A stretch of DNA of 24,000 bases, from the NCBI GenBank assembly GCA_048886185.1, contig JBHLKY010000014.1, positions 60,432-84,431 on the forward strand, given 5' to 3'. The notes under the pieces are model-generated. The model saw only the letters and a list, made by a program, of their open reading frames with translations, was not told the origin of the DNA and made no database searches. This document shows, in pieces, positions 7,154 to 15,506 of this stretch. Source of the stretch: Candidatus Hermodarchaeota archaeon. Its GTDB lineage: Archaea > Asgardarchaeota > Heimdallarchaeia > Hodarchaeales > Hodarchaeaceae. Every line of letters begins with the position of its first letter. The first letter of the stretch is position 1. Position numbers and translations under genes: made by a program.

Positions 7154-8332
7154 ATGAAACTTAAAGAAATAACAGAAGGCCAAGGTACTTTTTTTATTCC
7201 AAAGACAAAGACCCAGAACTATACACCAAGACGCTCAGATGGAGTATTTTTTAATCCTCATCAAGAAATAAATCGTGATTTTTCAATTCTATCATTGCGT
7301 GCATATGGCAAAATAAATTCAAAAAGTGAATTGAGAGCATGTGAACCTTTATGCGGAATAGGGATACGCAGTGCCCGCTATGTAGTGGAGGCGCCGATTT
7401 CTAGCATTTATTGTAATGATATCAATACTAATGCAGTTAAGATAGCAAAAAAAAATATTAAACGTCTTTCGAACGATAAAACGAATAAGATAAAGTTTTT
7501 TAATTTAGACGCTAACTTTTTCCTTCAAACCCTTAGCAGAAAGCATGTAATTTTTGATTTTATAGATATTGATCCATTTGGTACACCTATCCCTTTTATT
7601 CAGAACAGCATTCAACTGATTACTCTTCATGGACTACTTGCTTTTACAGCTACAGACTTAGCAACCCTTGCTGGAATATATCCACGAGCGCTTTATGCAA
7701 AATATAGTGTGAGTCACTTTGGTACTCGTGTTGGGAATATTCATGAAATTGCTTCACGAGTCCTTATAACAGGTATCCAACATGTTGGATTGACTCAAGG
7801 GCAATCTCTTATCCCTATTGTTACGTTGTACCATAGGCATTTTGTGAGGTGTTTTTTGATTCGGAATAGAGGAGTTGATGGTGTTCTTGATCACACTGGA
7901 TTTATTAATCTCTGTAAAAATTGCCAAACTAGGTATTATAGCCATTTAGGTGAAAAAAGTTTTAACTGTCCTAACTGTGGGGATTTTGATGTAATTAAAA
8001 TTGGCCCCTTATACCTAGGGAGTATTCAACAGCCAAAATACTTATCGTCAATGCTTCAGGATGAACATCTAAAAAAATTAGGAAATGAGAAAAGACTGAG
8101 GAAACTTTTACATTTAATGATTGAGGAGTCGTCAATAGAAATACCTTGGACGTTTGATCTACCAAATTTAGCTAAAAAATGTGGGGTTCCAGTTCCACCA
8201 ACAGTGGAGATAATTAGGATCCTACAAGAAATGGATTACAAATGCTATCGAACACACTTTTCGGGAACTAGTCTAAAGACTGATGCGAATGAAAACGAAT
8301 TATGCTCAATTATTAGTTCTTTCAAACCCTGA
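7154..8332 (+). CDS. trm1: tRNA (guanine26-N2)-dimethyltransferase Trm1
   Basis: Motifs are FFNPHQEINRDFSILSL, CEPLCGIGIRSARY, IDIDPFGTP and a C-terminal Cys cluster CKNCQ...CPNCG. I prefer ATG 7154 (MKLKEITEG) over the track's alternative start at 7118, which overlaps rlmE. Confidence 0.9.
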   Translation: MKLKEITEGQGTFFIPKTKTQNYTPRRSDGVFFNPHQEINRDFSILSLRAYGKINSKSELRACEPLCGIGIRSARYVVEAPISSIYCNDINTNAVKIAKKNIKRLSNDKTNKIKFFNLDANFFLQTLSRKHVIFDFIDIDPFGTPIPFIQNSIQLITLHGLLAFTATDLATLAGIYPRALYAKYSVSHFGTRVGNIHEIASRVLITGIQHVGLTQGQSLIPIVTLYHRHFVRCFLIRNRGVDGVLDHTGFINLCKNCQTRYYSHLGEKSFNCPNCGDFDVIKIGPLYLGSIQQPKYLSSMLQDEHLKKLGNEKRLRKLLHLMIEESSIEIPWTFDLPNLAKKCGVPVPPTVEIIRILQEMDYKCYRTHFSGTSLKTDANENELCSIISSFKP

Positions 8333-8462
8333 CCACCTTAAAATCAATACAGAGTTTAGTATGCCTTCTTAATTTAGGTTGATTTACAATAAAACAAAAA
8401 AAAGAGTTATATTTTTGTATAAAACACATTTTTATGTTAAAATAAACATTAAAGATTACCCG

Positions 8463-8569
8463 AGGGGTGTAGTCTAGCATGGTTTTTCTCATATTTCTGG
8501 CAAATGTGAGAGCTAGATGATTCCTGATTTGGGATCAGGTGGTCGTGGGTTCAAATCCCACCACCCCTA
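8463..8569 (+). tRNA. tRNA-Pro(UGG) with an approximately 32-nt intron in the D-loop (best guess 8486..8517)
   Basis: Parse: AGGGGTG TA GTCT AGCATGGTT[T..intron..GA]TGAT T CCTGA TTTGGGA TCAGG TGGTC GTGGG TTCAAAT CCCAC CACCCCT A. The acceptor, anticodon and T arms pair perfectly; U33, G37 and G18G19 are present. 47 nt lie between D-stem 5' strand and anticodon stem, where about 15 are expected. The insert contains a 10-bp hairpin, TCTCATATTT/AAATGTGAGA. The 3' splice site fits a GA|T bulge; the 5' site is uncertain. Confidence 0.8.
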
Positions 8570-8577
8570 CTTTATGG

Positions 8578-8584
8578 TTTTTTT
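8578..8584 (+). terminator. Oligo-T tract (T7) after tRNA-Pro
   Basis: TTTTTTT begins 9 nt after the tRNA 3' end. Confidence 0.55.
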
Positions 8585-8760
8585 CTTCTAAAAGAAATGA
8601 TTTTTACTCCATTTTCTTCGAATTATGATTCGTATTTATCGAACTGACTTTGTTATTCCATATTCATGAGAATATTAAACATAATACATCAAAAAAAGAG
8701 ATAAATGAGTATAAACTGACTTTTGATTAGTTGAGAAGGTAATTTTACTCAACTACTGTT

Positions 8761-10893
8761 TCATGACTCCTGAAGTTCACTAATTAGTTCTTCCACTAAT
8801 ACTTTTGGAGAGGGAAATCGGACACGATTAGCAAATAGTTCTTGACGCTGAATCGTTTCTCCTTGTACCTCTTGAGTTTGTAGTTGTACTCGTCCCTGAA
8901 TCAGAATCGTTTTTCCTTCTGCTTCTTGTTGGACTATTGTGAAAATTTCATCATCACTCAGACCATTATCTATTAATTTTTGAATATCATTACTCCCTAG
9001 ACCTGTAAGAATTTCTCCTGAAAGACCAAAGAAAACTGTTCTTATTGTGCTTGTACCATCATCAACTGTCCCTGTGAGTCGAAATCGAATTTGTGATTGA
9101 ACAATCTGATGTTCTTGACAAAGCCACCCTGCTTCTGTTTCTATTACTTTTTTTCGACATTGAGAACAAGCATGATAATACGGACTCTGTTGAAAGAGTC
9201 TGACAACTTTTCCAAGAACTTCTACCAAAGCTCCATCTTCCTCTTCTGATAACTCTGAAAGTTGAACTTTCTGATAGTTTGGTATTGATTGGGGGGTAAT
9301 TGGTTCTTCTTCAGTGATTTCAATACTTCTTAAAGCAACTGGAACTCGTGATGATGGTCTGAGATGACTTTGGGGGGATAAGTGGATTTCCAATGAATCA
9401 TTATCTTTTTGCCGAATCCTCCCAAAAAATATCTTAACATACTTCATCTCTTTCTCTCGAATCGAATTTAACTCATCAACTGTATCATCCCACGCAACCA
9501 CTCGTATTGATCCTGAAGAATCTTGTATTGACATGTGAGCGACGCGGCCTGTACTTCCATCAGATCGATTAAATTCTCTCTCCTCGGAAATATTCTTAAT
9601 TACTCCTTGTACACATCCTAAACCTTGCGAAGCTTTAATTTCTGTGATGTTCTGAACAGGCGGATCCTCAGGAATTTCAGAAGCTTTAAGTGGGATAAAA
9701 TTTGTGTTAAATAGTGAATGTAACTCAATTGTCTTATATCTTGACATATTAACACGTAAGTTCTCTACGCGAAAGGGTTCGTCTCCTAATTCGTCGAATA
9801 ATGGAATGGCCTCATTCCAAAGTACTAATGTTGTCACACCCGTTTCATCAAATATGGTTGCTCTTTTTACAGAACCTGTTGACCCATCATTTCGTGTGAA
9901 ATTGCTTAATTTACTTACAGGGCCCTTTCGGGCAATCGTCGTGATGATGACATCACTCGGTTCTATTTCAATTAGTTTTTTTTCCATTACTTGCCGTTCA
10001 GTAAGTTCTGAAGCTTTGTCTTCATCAATATGTGGTAAAGTTTTATGACCAATCTTTGTGAGGTAAGTCAGACGGGTAGATTGTAACTCTGGGTTTCCTT
10101 CTCGATCTAATTTTACATTTGCAGCTTGGATCAAGATTTCGTCTCCTGGAGTGAAATTAAATGCTAATTCAGCGCGATCATCCCAGAGGACCATTCGTCG
10201 TGTTGTTCGTACACCCTTGAGAAGTAAATTAGAAACACGTCCTTCTGTCCCATCAGCTCGGTTAAAGGTCGTAAGATTACCTATTTTTAATACAGTAGCT
10301 TTAGTATCAATTTCTTTCATCTCCTCATCCAAGGAGTCTATATTGAGGATTTCATTCTCAGGGTCAGGATAAGTGTCTGTTTCCGCCTCTGTGTCTACTT
10401 CTACTACTCCCCGATCGCCAACATGAAGTTCTAGCTCCTCATCTCTCCCTAATTTAGTATAACCTTGCTTAATTTTAATGATAGATCCTCTTTCTATCTT
10501 CTTTTCTGTAATAAAACGAGCCATTGTTCCCCAAAGAAGCGTTCTGATAGTATCGGTGCCGTCATTCAACAGAATAGGAGCTAGAATCCCTTTGGTTCCC
10601 TCTTTTTGGAATTCAATTGGATGATAAATACGCGTTACAATTGCAGTAAGACTCACTCCTGATAAACCTGGTTCCATTTTCTTAAGACTTTCAATTGTAA
10701 GTTTAGGTCTTTTTTTAAATTCAGGACGTCCCAGTGGAACATCAAGATCTTTCGCAATAATATGAGCTGCTGCAATGTCATTTACAAAGAATCCTAATTC
10801 TTTTTGTTTTTCTTCAATTTTCTTTTTAATTTCAATTCTAGAAAGCCCTGTTTTTTGAGAGATTTTTTGTATAATTTCTTCTATATTACTCAA
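8761..10893 (-). CDS. rpa1: Replication protein A (RPA70-like ssDNA-binding protein) with multiple OB folds and a zinc-ribbon OB
   Basis: 710 aa. The N-terminal helical module is MSNIEEIIQKISQKTGLSRIEIKKKIEEK...AAAHIIAKDL. Four repeated OB signatures are present: FQKEGTKG..., FNRADGTEGRVSNLLL, FTRNDGSTGSVKRATIFDETG and FNRSDGSTGRVAHMSIQDSSG. A C-terminal CSQCRKKV-x10-CQEH zinc motif follows. The start is TTG, with GAGGAG 6 nt upstream. Confidence 0.85.
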   Translation of the reverse strand: MSNIEEIIQKISQKTGLSRIEIKKKIEEKQKELGFFVNDIAAAHIIAKDLDVPLGRPEFKKRPKLTIESLKKMEPGLSGVSLTAIVTRIYHPIEFQKEGTKGILAPILLNDGTDTIRTLLWGTMARFITEKKIERGSIIKIKQGYTKLGRDEELELHVGDRGVVEVDTEAETDTYPDPENEILNIDSLDEEMKEIDTKATVLKIGNLTTFNRADGTEGRVSNLLLKGVRTTRRMVLWDDRAELAFNFTPGDEILIQAANVKLDREGNPELQSTRLTYLTKIGHKTLPHIDEDKASELTERQVMEKKLIEIEPSDVIITTIARKGPVSKLSNFTRNDGSTGSVKRATIFDETGVTTLVLWNEAIPLFDELGDEPFRVENLRVNMSRYKTIELHSLFNTNFIPLKASEIPEDPPVQNITEIKASQGLGCVQGVIKNISEEREFNRSDGSTGRVAHMSIQDSSGSIRVVAWDDTVDELNSIREKEMKYVKIFFGRIRQKDNDSLEIHLSPQSHLRPSSRVPVALRSIEITEEEPITPQSIPNYQKVQLSELSEEEDGALVEVLGKVVRLFQQSPYYHACSQCRKKVIETEAGWLCQEHQIVQSQIRFRLTGTVDDGTSTIRTVFFGLSGEILTGLGSNDIQKLIDNGLSDDEIFTIVQQEAEGKTILIQGRVQLQTQEVQGETIQRQELFANRVRFPSPKVLVEELISELQES

Positions 10894-11022
10894 ATTTTAC
10901 TCCTCATCACTGTTTTAATGAAAGGATGTTTAATAATAAATTAAGCTTCATCTCAACATTAATTCAATTCTGTTATTATCATTTAATGATAGAATTTGTT
11001 CTCTTAAATATTCACAAAAATA

Positions 11023-11613
11023 TTACCAATTTTGATAACTTGTCCCCAATTTTTGAACAGATAATTCTTTAACCCGATTTCGGAAAGGACGACATCCATT
11101 CTTCGTTTTCAATGATAGGAGAAACAGTTCAAACTCAGGAAGATTATAGGATTTTAATAATGCTATATTTTGTTCTACAATTTCTCTTTTCACTTTATCA
11201 ATTTTATTCAGCACAACAATTGGAGGAAGATTAGTTCTATCAGATATGAATTGGATCATTTCAATATCTAAAGGGACAATCTGCTTTTTCTCTAAACTAG
11301 CCACCACTAAATGGAAGGTTGAAACATCAATAATATGTATTGCAAACAATAGTTGGTTTGATGGATCCTCTAAAAAGTGAACAATGTCATCCTTTATCTG
11401 ACTTTCACATTTCTTTGAGCGTTTTGTTATCCGTCCAAACCCAGGAAGATCTACCAAGTGCAGATTTTTAATAAGAGGGATTGAGGTTATTGTTATAGTT
11501 GTTCCAGCTTGTTTTCCGACAGGTCTTTTTGAATGGCTTAGATAATTTACTAAAGAGGTTTTTCCTGCATTTGGGCGGCCTGAAATGGGTATTAAATAGA
11601 TTAAAGGCATCAT
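11023..11613 (-). CDS. EngB/YihA-like small GTP-binding protein
   Basis: 196 aa. G1 is GRPNAGKTSLVNYL, G3 is DLPGFG and G4 is NKID. It starts 23 nt after the Elf1 stop, so the two are probably co-transcribed. Confidence 0.7.
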   Translation of the reverse strand: MMPLIYLIPISGRPNAGKTSLVNYLSHSKRPVGKQAGTTITITSIPLIKNLHLVDLPGFGRITKRSKKCESQIKDDIVHFLEDPSNQLLFAIHIIDVSTFHLVVASLEKKQIVPLDIEMIQFISDRTNLPPIVVLNKIDKVKREIVEQNIALLKSYNLPEFELFLLSLKTKNGCRPFRNRVKELSVQKLGTSYQNW

Positions 11614-11636
11614 TAGTACTTAAACTTTTATCGACA

Positions 11637-11894
11637 TTAAATATCAGTAGTTTCACTTTTTTCCATTAACAATTCATCTAACCAATCACCAAACACATCA
11701 ACACGTTCTTCAATGGGACGGATTGGCCGAGATTCTTGGACTTTACATTTTCCACATCTTATGATTGCTATTCGGATTTTTCTATCAACTTCAATATGAA
11801 TTGACTTCCCCGTCCCACATATTGGACAATCAAACACAGTTGGCAATGTAGGAATAGGTTTAGTACGAACAATTCTTTTTCGTTTCCGGCCCAT
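11637..11894 (-). CDS. elf1: Transcription elongation factor Elf1/ELOF1 homologue (zinc ribbon)
   Basis: 85 aa: MGRKRKRIVRTKP...FDCPICGTGKSIHIEVDRK...IRCGKCKV...ERVDVFGDWLDEL. This is collinear with my recollection of eukaryotic Elf1/ELOF1: a basic MGRRKSKRK N-terminus, F.CPFC.HEKS, C..C and EPVDVY.DWID. Confidence 0.85.
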   Translation of the reverse strand: MGRKRKRIVRTKPIPTLPTVFDCPICGTGKSIHIEVDRKIRIAIIRCGKCKVQESRPIRPIEERVDVFGDWLDELLMEKSETTDI

Positions 11895-11906
11895 AAGATT
11901 ACTCTC

Positions 11907-13088
11907 CTACCTTCTCCTACCTCGCTGCCCCTTTTTTATTTGTCGAAGTCGTCTATCACGTCTTGATTCCTTAGATTGAGCGGGAAGAGGTTCCCCAGTC
12001 TGATCCGCGGCTGCTTGAGAGACAGGTTCATCCAAAATACTCTGTTCTGATTTAATAATCAATATCTTTCTTCCTGATCCAATTAGATAGGCAATACTTC
12101 CGCAAAGAAAGAAAATAATAGCAAATCCGCCCAAAAATATTAACATTTGAATTAAATCCTGTTCTGAAATAGTATAAGGTGGAAGAGGCTCGGATTTTGT
12201 CGCTGCTAGCCACTCAATACTATTAAGCCATAATAGGGAGTTGTTTTCACTTTCATACCAAGAATAATTTTCGATGGGACCTTTTAAATCACTGAACATT
12301 AGGCTGGAACCACTAAGTAGGACACGTGCCCCAGTTTTAAGGTCATCACCAGAGCTACCAAACAATATGATATCCGTCGTGAGTCCACCTGTTTCACTGA
12401 ATTCTCCTGATATTGTTTTAGCAACAGCCTCAGGTGTAGCAACAAGAATATTTTGACTGGCATCTTCTAGTGAACAAGTATAAGTGATAATTGAAGTTAC
12501 ATTCTTATTTATATTTAGAATAGCATGATTGGAAGTATTAGGTTTGAGGTGTAAGTAATTAGAAGCCCCAATATTTGAAAACTCATTAAGAACTACATTA
12601 GAGGGTGTAATATCATCCACCACTTTATAATATGTCCAGAACTTGCCCATAAGAAATCCATTTTCAAGATATCCTAAGAATTCGTTAAATATATCCCCAC
12701 GACCAGTTAAAGTTTCATTATCTTCATTTAAGGGATTTGCGAGTAGAAATATTGCGTTACCTTGAGTAATAAATCTGTTAACATAAATACTTTCATCTCT
12801 TGTATATCTTACTTGGGGATTTGTAGAAATAAATATATCTACACCCTCAAAACTAGTGTTATTGATTTTTCCTGTATTGAAAACTACTTCTATTTCCTTA
12901 CTTATTAAATCTGATATTGCTTGACTATACAAAGAGCGATTAAAAAATTGGCCGTGGCCTTCATCAAATAAAACAACAATTGGATCATCTATTGCTTGAT
13001 CAGCAATTCCAAATGCCAAAACATTATTAAGACTGAATATAATACAAATGGCTACGTATAAAAAGATTTTTTGGGATTTAATAATCAC
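11907..13088 (-). CDS. Secreted, C-terminally membrane-anchored protein (DUF4350/GldG-like fold suspected), probably N-glycosylated
   Basis: 393 aa. It has an N-terminal signal/TM segment (IFLYVAICIIFSLNNVLAFG), a VLFDEGHGQ motif, many N-x-S/T sequons, one C-terminal TM helix and a basic tail ending RGRRR. The start is GTG, with GAGGAAG 5 nt upstream. Confidence 0.6.
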   Translation of the reverse strand: MIIKSQKIFLYVAICIIFSLNNVLAFGIADQAIDDPIVVLFDEGHGQFFNRSLYSQAISDLISKEIEVVFNTGKINNTSFEGVDIFISTNPQVRYTRDESIYVNRFITQGNAIFLLANPLNEDNETLTGRGDIFNEFLGYLENGFLMGKFWTYYKVVDDITPSNVVLNEFSNIGASNYLHLKPNTSNHAILNINKNVTSIITYTCSLEDASQNILVATPEAVAKTISGEFSETGGLTTDIILFGSSGDDLKTGARVLLSGSSLMFSDLKGPIENYSWYESENNSLLWLNSIEWLAATKSEPLPPYTISEQDLIQMLIFLGGFAIIFFLCGSIAYLIGSGRKILIIKSEQSILDEPVSQAAADQTGEPLPAQSKESRRDRRLRQIKKGQRGRRR

Positions 13089-13267
13089 AATATCTTCCTC
13101 AGCTTTTGAATGGGTCTTATTGCCCGAGAAGCTCCAGCAAAAGATAAAATCTTCAAAAAAGAGGGAAAAAGAAAAACTCTTTTGTGTCTTTTCTTTAAAG
13201 TGATGGGGAATAGCTCACAATGATAACTACTAAAAATATCAACGAATTCCCCTATAGCCGATTATAG

Positions 13268-13708
13268 ATGGTAACAGCACAAATGGTTCCCAGTAAATTG
13301 CTAATAGAAGCTATTTCTGAGGAGTTAATGTCAAGTGACATTTTTAGACCACCTAAATGGGCTGAATTTGTTAAATCAGGGGTTTCTCAAGAAAACGCAC
13401 CAGAGCAAAGAAAAGAATGGTGGTTTATTCGTGTTGCTTCGATCTTAAGGAAGATTTACCTATATGGGCCCGTTGGAGTGATGCATATTAGAAAAATGTT
13501 TGGTGGAAGAAAGAATCGAGGAAGTAAACCAGAAAAAACAGCTCGAGGCTCTGGTGCTATTGTCCGTCACGCAATTCACCAACTAGAAAAAGGGGGTTAC
13601 GTCACACTTGTTTCTAACGGAAGGATTGTTACTCCAGAAGGTCGAAGATTTGTAGATAGTATAGCCTATAAAGTTAAACAACAACTTCCAGAACTCGCAG
13701 CATATTAA
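13268..13708 (+). CDS. rps19e: 30S ribosomal protein eS19 (S19e)
   Basis: 146 aa. Motifs are PPKWAEFVKSGV, WWFIRVASILRKIYLYGPVGV, FGGRKNRGSKPE and GSGAIVRHAIHQLEKGGYV, classic S19e motifs. Confidence 0.92.
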   Translation: MVTAQMVPSKLLIEAISEELMSSDIFRPPKWAEFVKSGVSQENAPEQRKEWWFIRVASILRKIYLYGPVGVMHIRKMFGGRKNRGSKPEKTARGSGAIVRHAIHQLEKGGYVTLVSNGRIVTPEGRRFVDSIAYKVKQQLPELAAY

Positions 13709-13835
13709 ACCTGAAAAATTTTAATAATTCTCATTTAGATCCAATAAAGTGTGTTTAAGAATAATTGAGTGAACGAAATATAAAGCAACTAGTTAAAGAA
13801 CTTATTTACAAGACTTTAGAAGAGGGTTAACCGCA

Positions 13836-14177
13836 ATGGCTGAAGAAGATCCTGAATTGGAAGCAATCCGTAAAAGACGTCTTGCGCAATTACAAAATGA
13901 ACAACTTGCTCAGCAACAAGCGGAAGAACAACAAAGAATAATTGAAAATCAGCGACAGGCAATTCTAAAAGGAATATTAACAAATGCAGCACGGGAAAGA
14001 CTTGCTAATATCAAATTAGCGAAACCAGAATATGCAACCACTTTGGAGAACCAATTAATTCAACTTGCTCAAACCAGACGAGTATCTGGAAAAATAAATG
14101 ACTCTCAATTACGACAGCTTTTACAACAATTGACAAAATCTCAGCGTGAAAGTAAGATCACTTTCAAACGAAGATAA
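13836..14177 (+). CDS. PDCD5/TFAR19-like DNA-binding protein (COG2118)
   Basis: 113 aa. Motifs are ELEAIRKRRLAQLQ, ILKGILTNAARERLANIKLAKPE and GKINDSQLRQLL. It lies directly downstream of S19e, the usual archaeal neighbourhood. Confidence 0.85.
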   Translation: MAEEDPELEAIRKRRLAQLQNEQLAQQQAEEQQRIIENQRQAILKGILTNAARERLANIKLAKPEYATTLENQLIQLAQTRRVSGKINDSQLRQLLQQLTKSQRESKITFKRR

Positions 14178-14192
14178 ACCCCAGGGGATATC

Positions 14193-14642
14193 ATGACCAC
14201 AGCTGTACAGTTCTCATGGAGGAGATTAGAGGGATTGGGATTAATCATCGTTGCATTGGGATGGGGATTTTTAGCTCAATTTCCACCAGCTTTCTTTGCT
14301 TTAACTCTTCTTTACTTTGATCTCGAAACTTATTTTATTGCCTTCTTTGGAACTCTAATTGGAACGAGCATCATCTTGGCAACGATCTCATGTTCACTAA
14401 CTGAAGATTGGGATGATTCAACAATACCTACTTTGAAGAGTATAACAACATTCTCTATGATTTTAACATTGATTTTCTTAGGAGGATTTTTCCTCTTTTT
14501 TATTCTTGAGCCATTTTTTCCACCTGAATTTACAAATTTGGTACCATCTCAACGATATTTTTCTGCAATAACATTATCATTAGCAATAATTGGAATAACG
14601 ACTTTTTTTATTTATAAAACTAAGAAATTTTTCATAGGGTAA
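14193..14642 (+). CDS. Hypothetical integral membrane protein (about 4 TM helices)
   Basis: 149 aa, very hydrophobic with four long apolar stretches. It starts 15 nt after the PDCD5-like stop. I recognise no family. Confidence 0.55.
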   Translation: MTTAVQFSWRRLEGLGLIIVALGWGFLAQFPPAFFALTLLYFDLETYFIAFFGTLIGTSIILATISCSLTEDWDDSTIPTLKSITTFSMILTLIFLGGFFLFFILEPFFPPEFTNLVPSQRYFSAITLSLAIIGITTFFIYKTKKFFIG

Positions 14643-14738
14643 CTTGGGAATGTAATAAAAAGCAGAACTATCTAGGTTATTTCTGTCAATCCGATGACTT
14701 TAGGAATGTAAGGGATTTTAGATCTAGTTGATTATATT

Positions 14739-15506
14739 ATGATTACAGTGATAAATTCCAAGCTATGTCCAATAATATACAGCTATAAAGAAGTGAATTC
14801 TACAAACGAAGTAGCTAAGGAACTTATTGAAGAAAAGAATCAAATTGGATTTGTTATTTTCGCAGAAACACAACTTGCAGGTAAAGGTCAGGGAAAAAAG
14901 GTTTGGGAATCACCTTATGGAGGATTGTGGATTTCATTAGCCATTCGACCCCAAATAGATTTATCAATGCTTGGAATAATCCCTATTATTTCAGCTGTTG
15001 GAATTGCTAGAACATTAGAACACTTTAATATCAATGTAATGCTAAAATGGCCGAATGATATTTTGATCAAACATAATTTGAAAAAAATTGGGGGGATATT
15101 AGTTGAGACAAAAGTTACCCGACATTTTTTGAACTATTTAATCATTGGAATTGGTCTAAACATTAACAATACACTGGACCAATACTCTATTGCATTGCAA
15201 GACCATATTACGACCGTTTATGAAGAATTTAATAAAGAAATTAACCTAACTACATTATTACACGAAATTATTCATCAAATCGAAGAATCTTTTGAAACAT
15301 TAAGATCAGATGGTGCACAACCTCTTCTCAAAGAATGGAAACAGGTGGATAATATCCTTGGAATGAATTTGACCATCCAAACTTTAGAGAAAGTGTATCA
15401 GGGCAAGGCTATTGATATTTCTCCATATGGTCAACTAATATTGGAAGTTAAAGACGTTGGTAAAGTCACAATTTCTTCAGGAACGGTCATTCTTCCAACT
15501 AAATGA
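14739..15506 (+). CDS. birA: Biotin--[acetyl-CoA-carboxylase] ligase (BirA, group I, no HTH domain)
   Basis: 255 aa. Motifs are QLAGKGQGKKVWESPYGGLWISL (a GRGRxGRxW-type biotin loop), KWPNDIL and KKIGGILVE, followed by a C-terminal SH3-like tail. Confidence 0.85.
   Translation: MITVINSKLCPIIYSYKEVNSTNEVAKELIEEKNQIGFVIFAETQLAGKGQGKKVWESPYGGLWISLAIRPQIDLSMLGIIPIISAVGIARTLEHFNINVMLKWPNDILIKHNLKKIGGILVETKVTRHFLNYLIIGIGLNINNTLDQYSIALQDHITTVYEEFNKEINLTTLLHEIIHQIEESFETLRSDGAQPLLKEWKQVDNILGMNLTIQTLEKVYQGKAIDISPYGQLILEVKDVGKVTISSGTVILPTK

Noticed and set aside
7754-7945. 63-aa minus-strand ORF inside trm1
   Set aside because: It is a shadow ORF within a confidently called gene.
8597-8647. Plus-strand C/D-box-like arrangement (ATGATTT-12 nt-CTTC-...-ATGATTC-12 nt-CTGA) downstream of tRNA-Pro
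   Set aside because: Both spacers are 12 nt, which is tempting. However, both putative C and C' boxes lack the terminal GA needed for the k-turn, D' is not CUGA-like, and there is no proper terminal stem.
9704-10372. Two plus-strand ORFs (9704..10048, 10151..10372) inside the RPA gene
   Set aside because: Both are Ser-rich shadow ORFs antisense to the OB-fold repeats.
10900-10911. GTGATGA on the minus strand upstream of the RPA gene as a C box
   Set aside because: It merges into the GAGGAG Shine-Dalgarno 6 nt before the RPA TTG start, and no D box could follow without entering the CDS.
10975-10989. Inverted repeat TATCATT-t-AATGATA upstream of the RPA gene as an operator
   Set aside because: It is a 7-bp all-A/T-rich palindrome in AT-rich DNA, which is expected by chance, and no second copy was seen.
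11468-11656. 62-aa minus-strand ORF overlapping the GTPase 5' end and the Elf1 stop
   Set aside because: It lies in an alternative frame of a gene with clear P-loop motifs and has no supporting signal.
12274-12456. 60-aa plus-strand ORF inside the 393-aa gene
   Set aside because: Shadow ORF.
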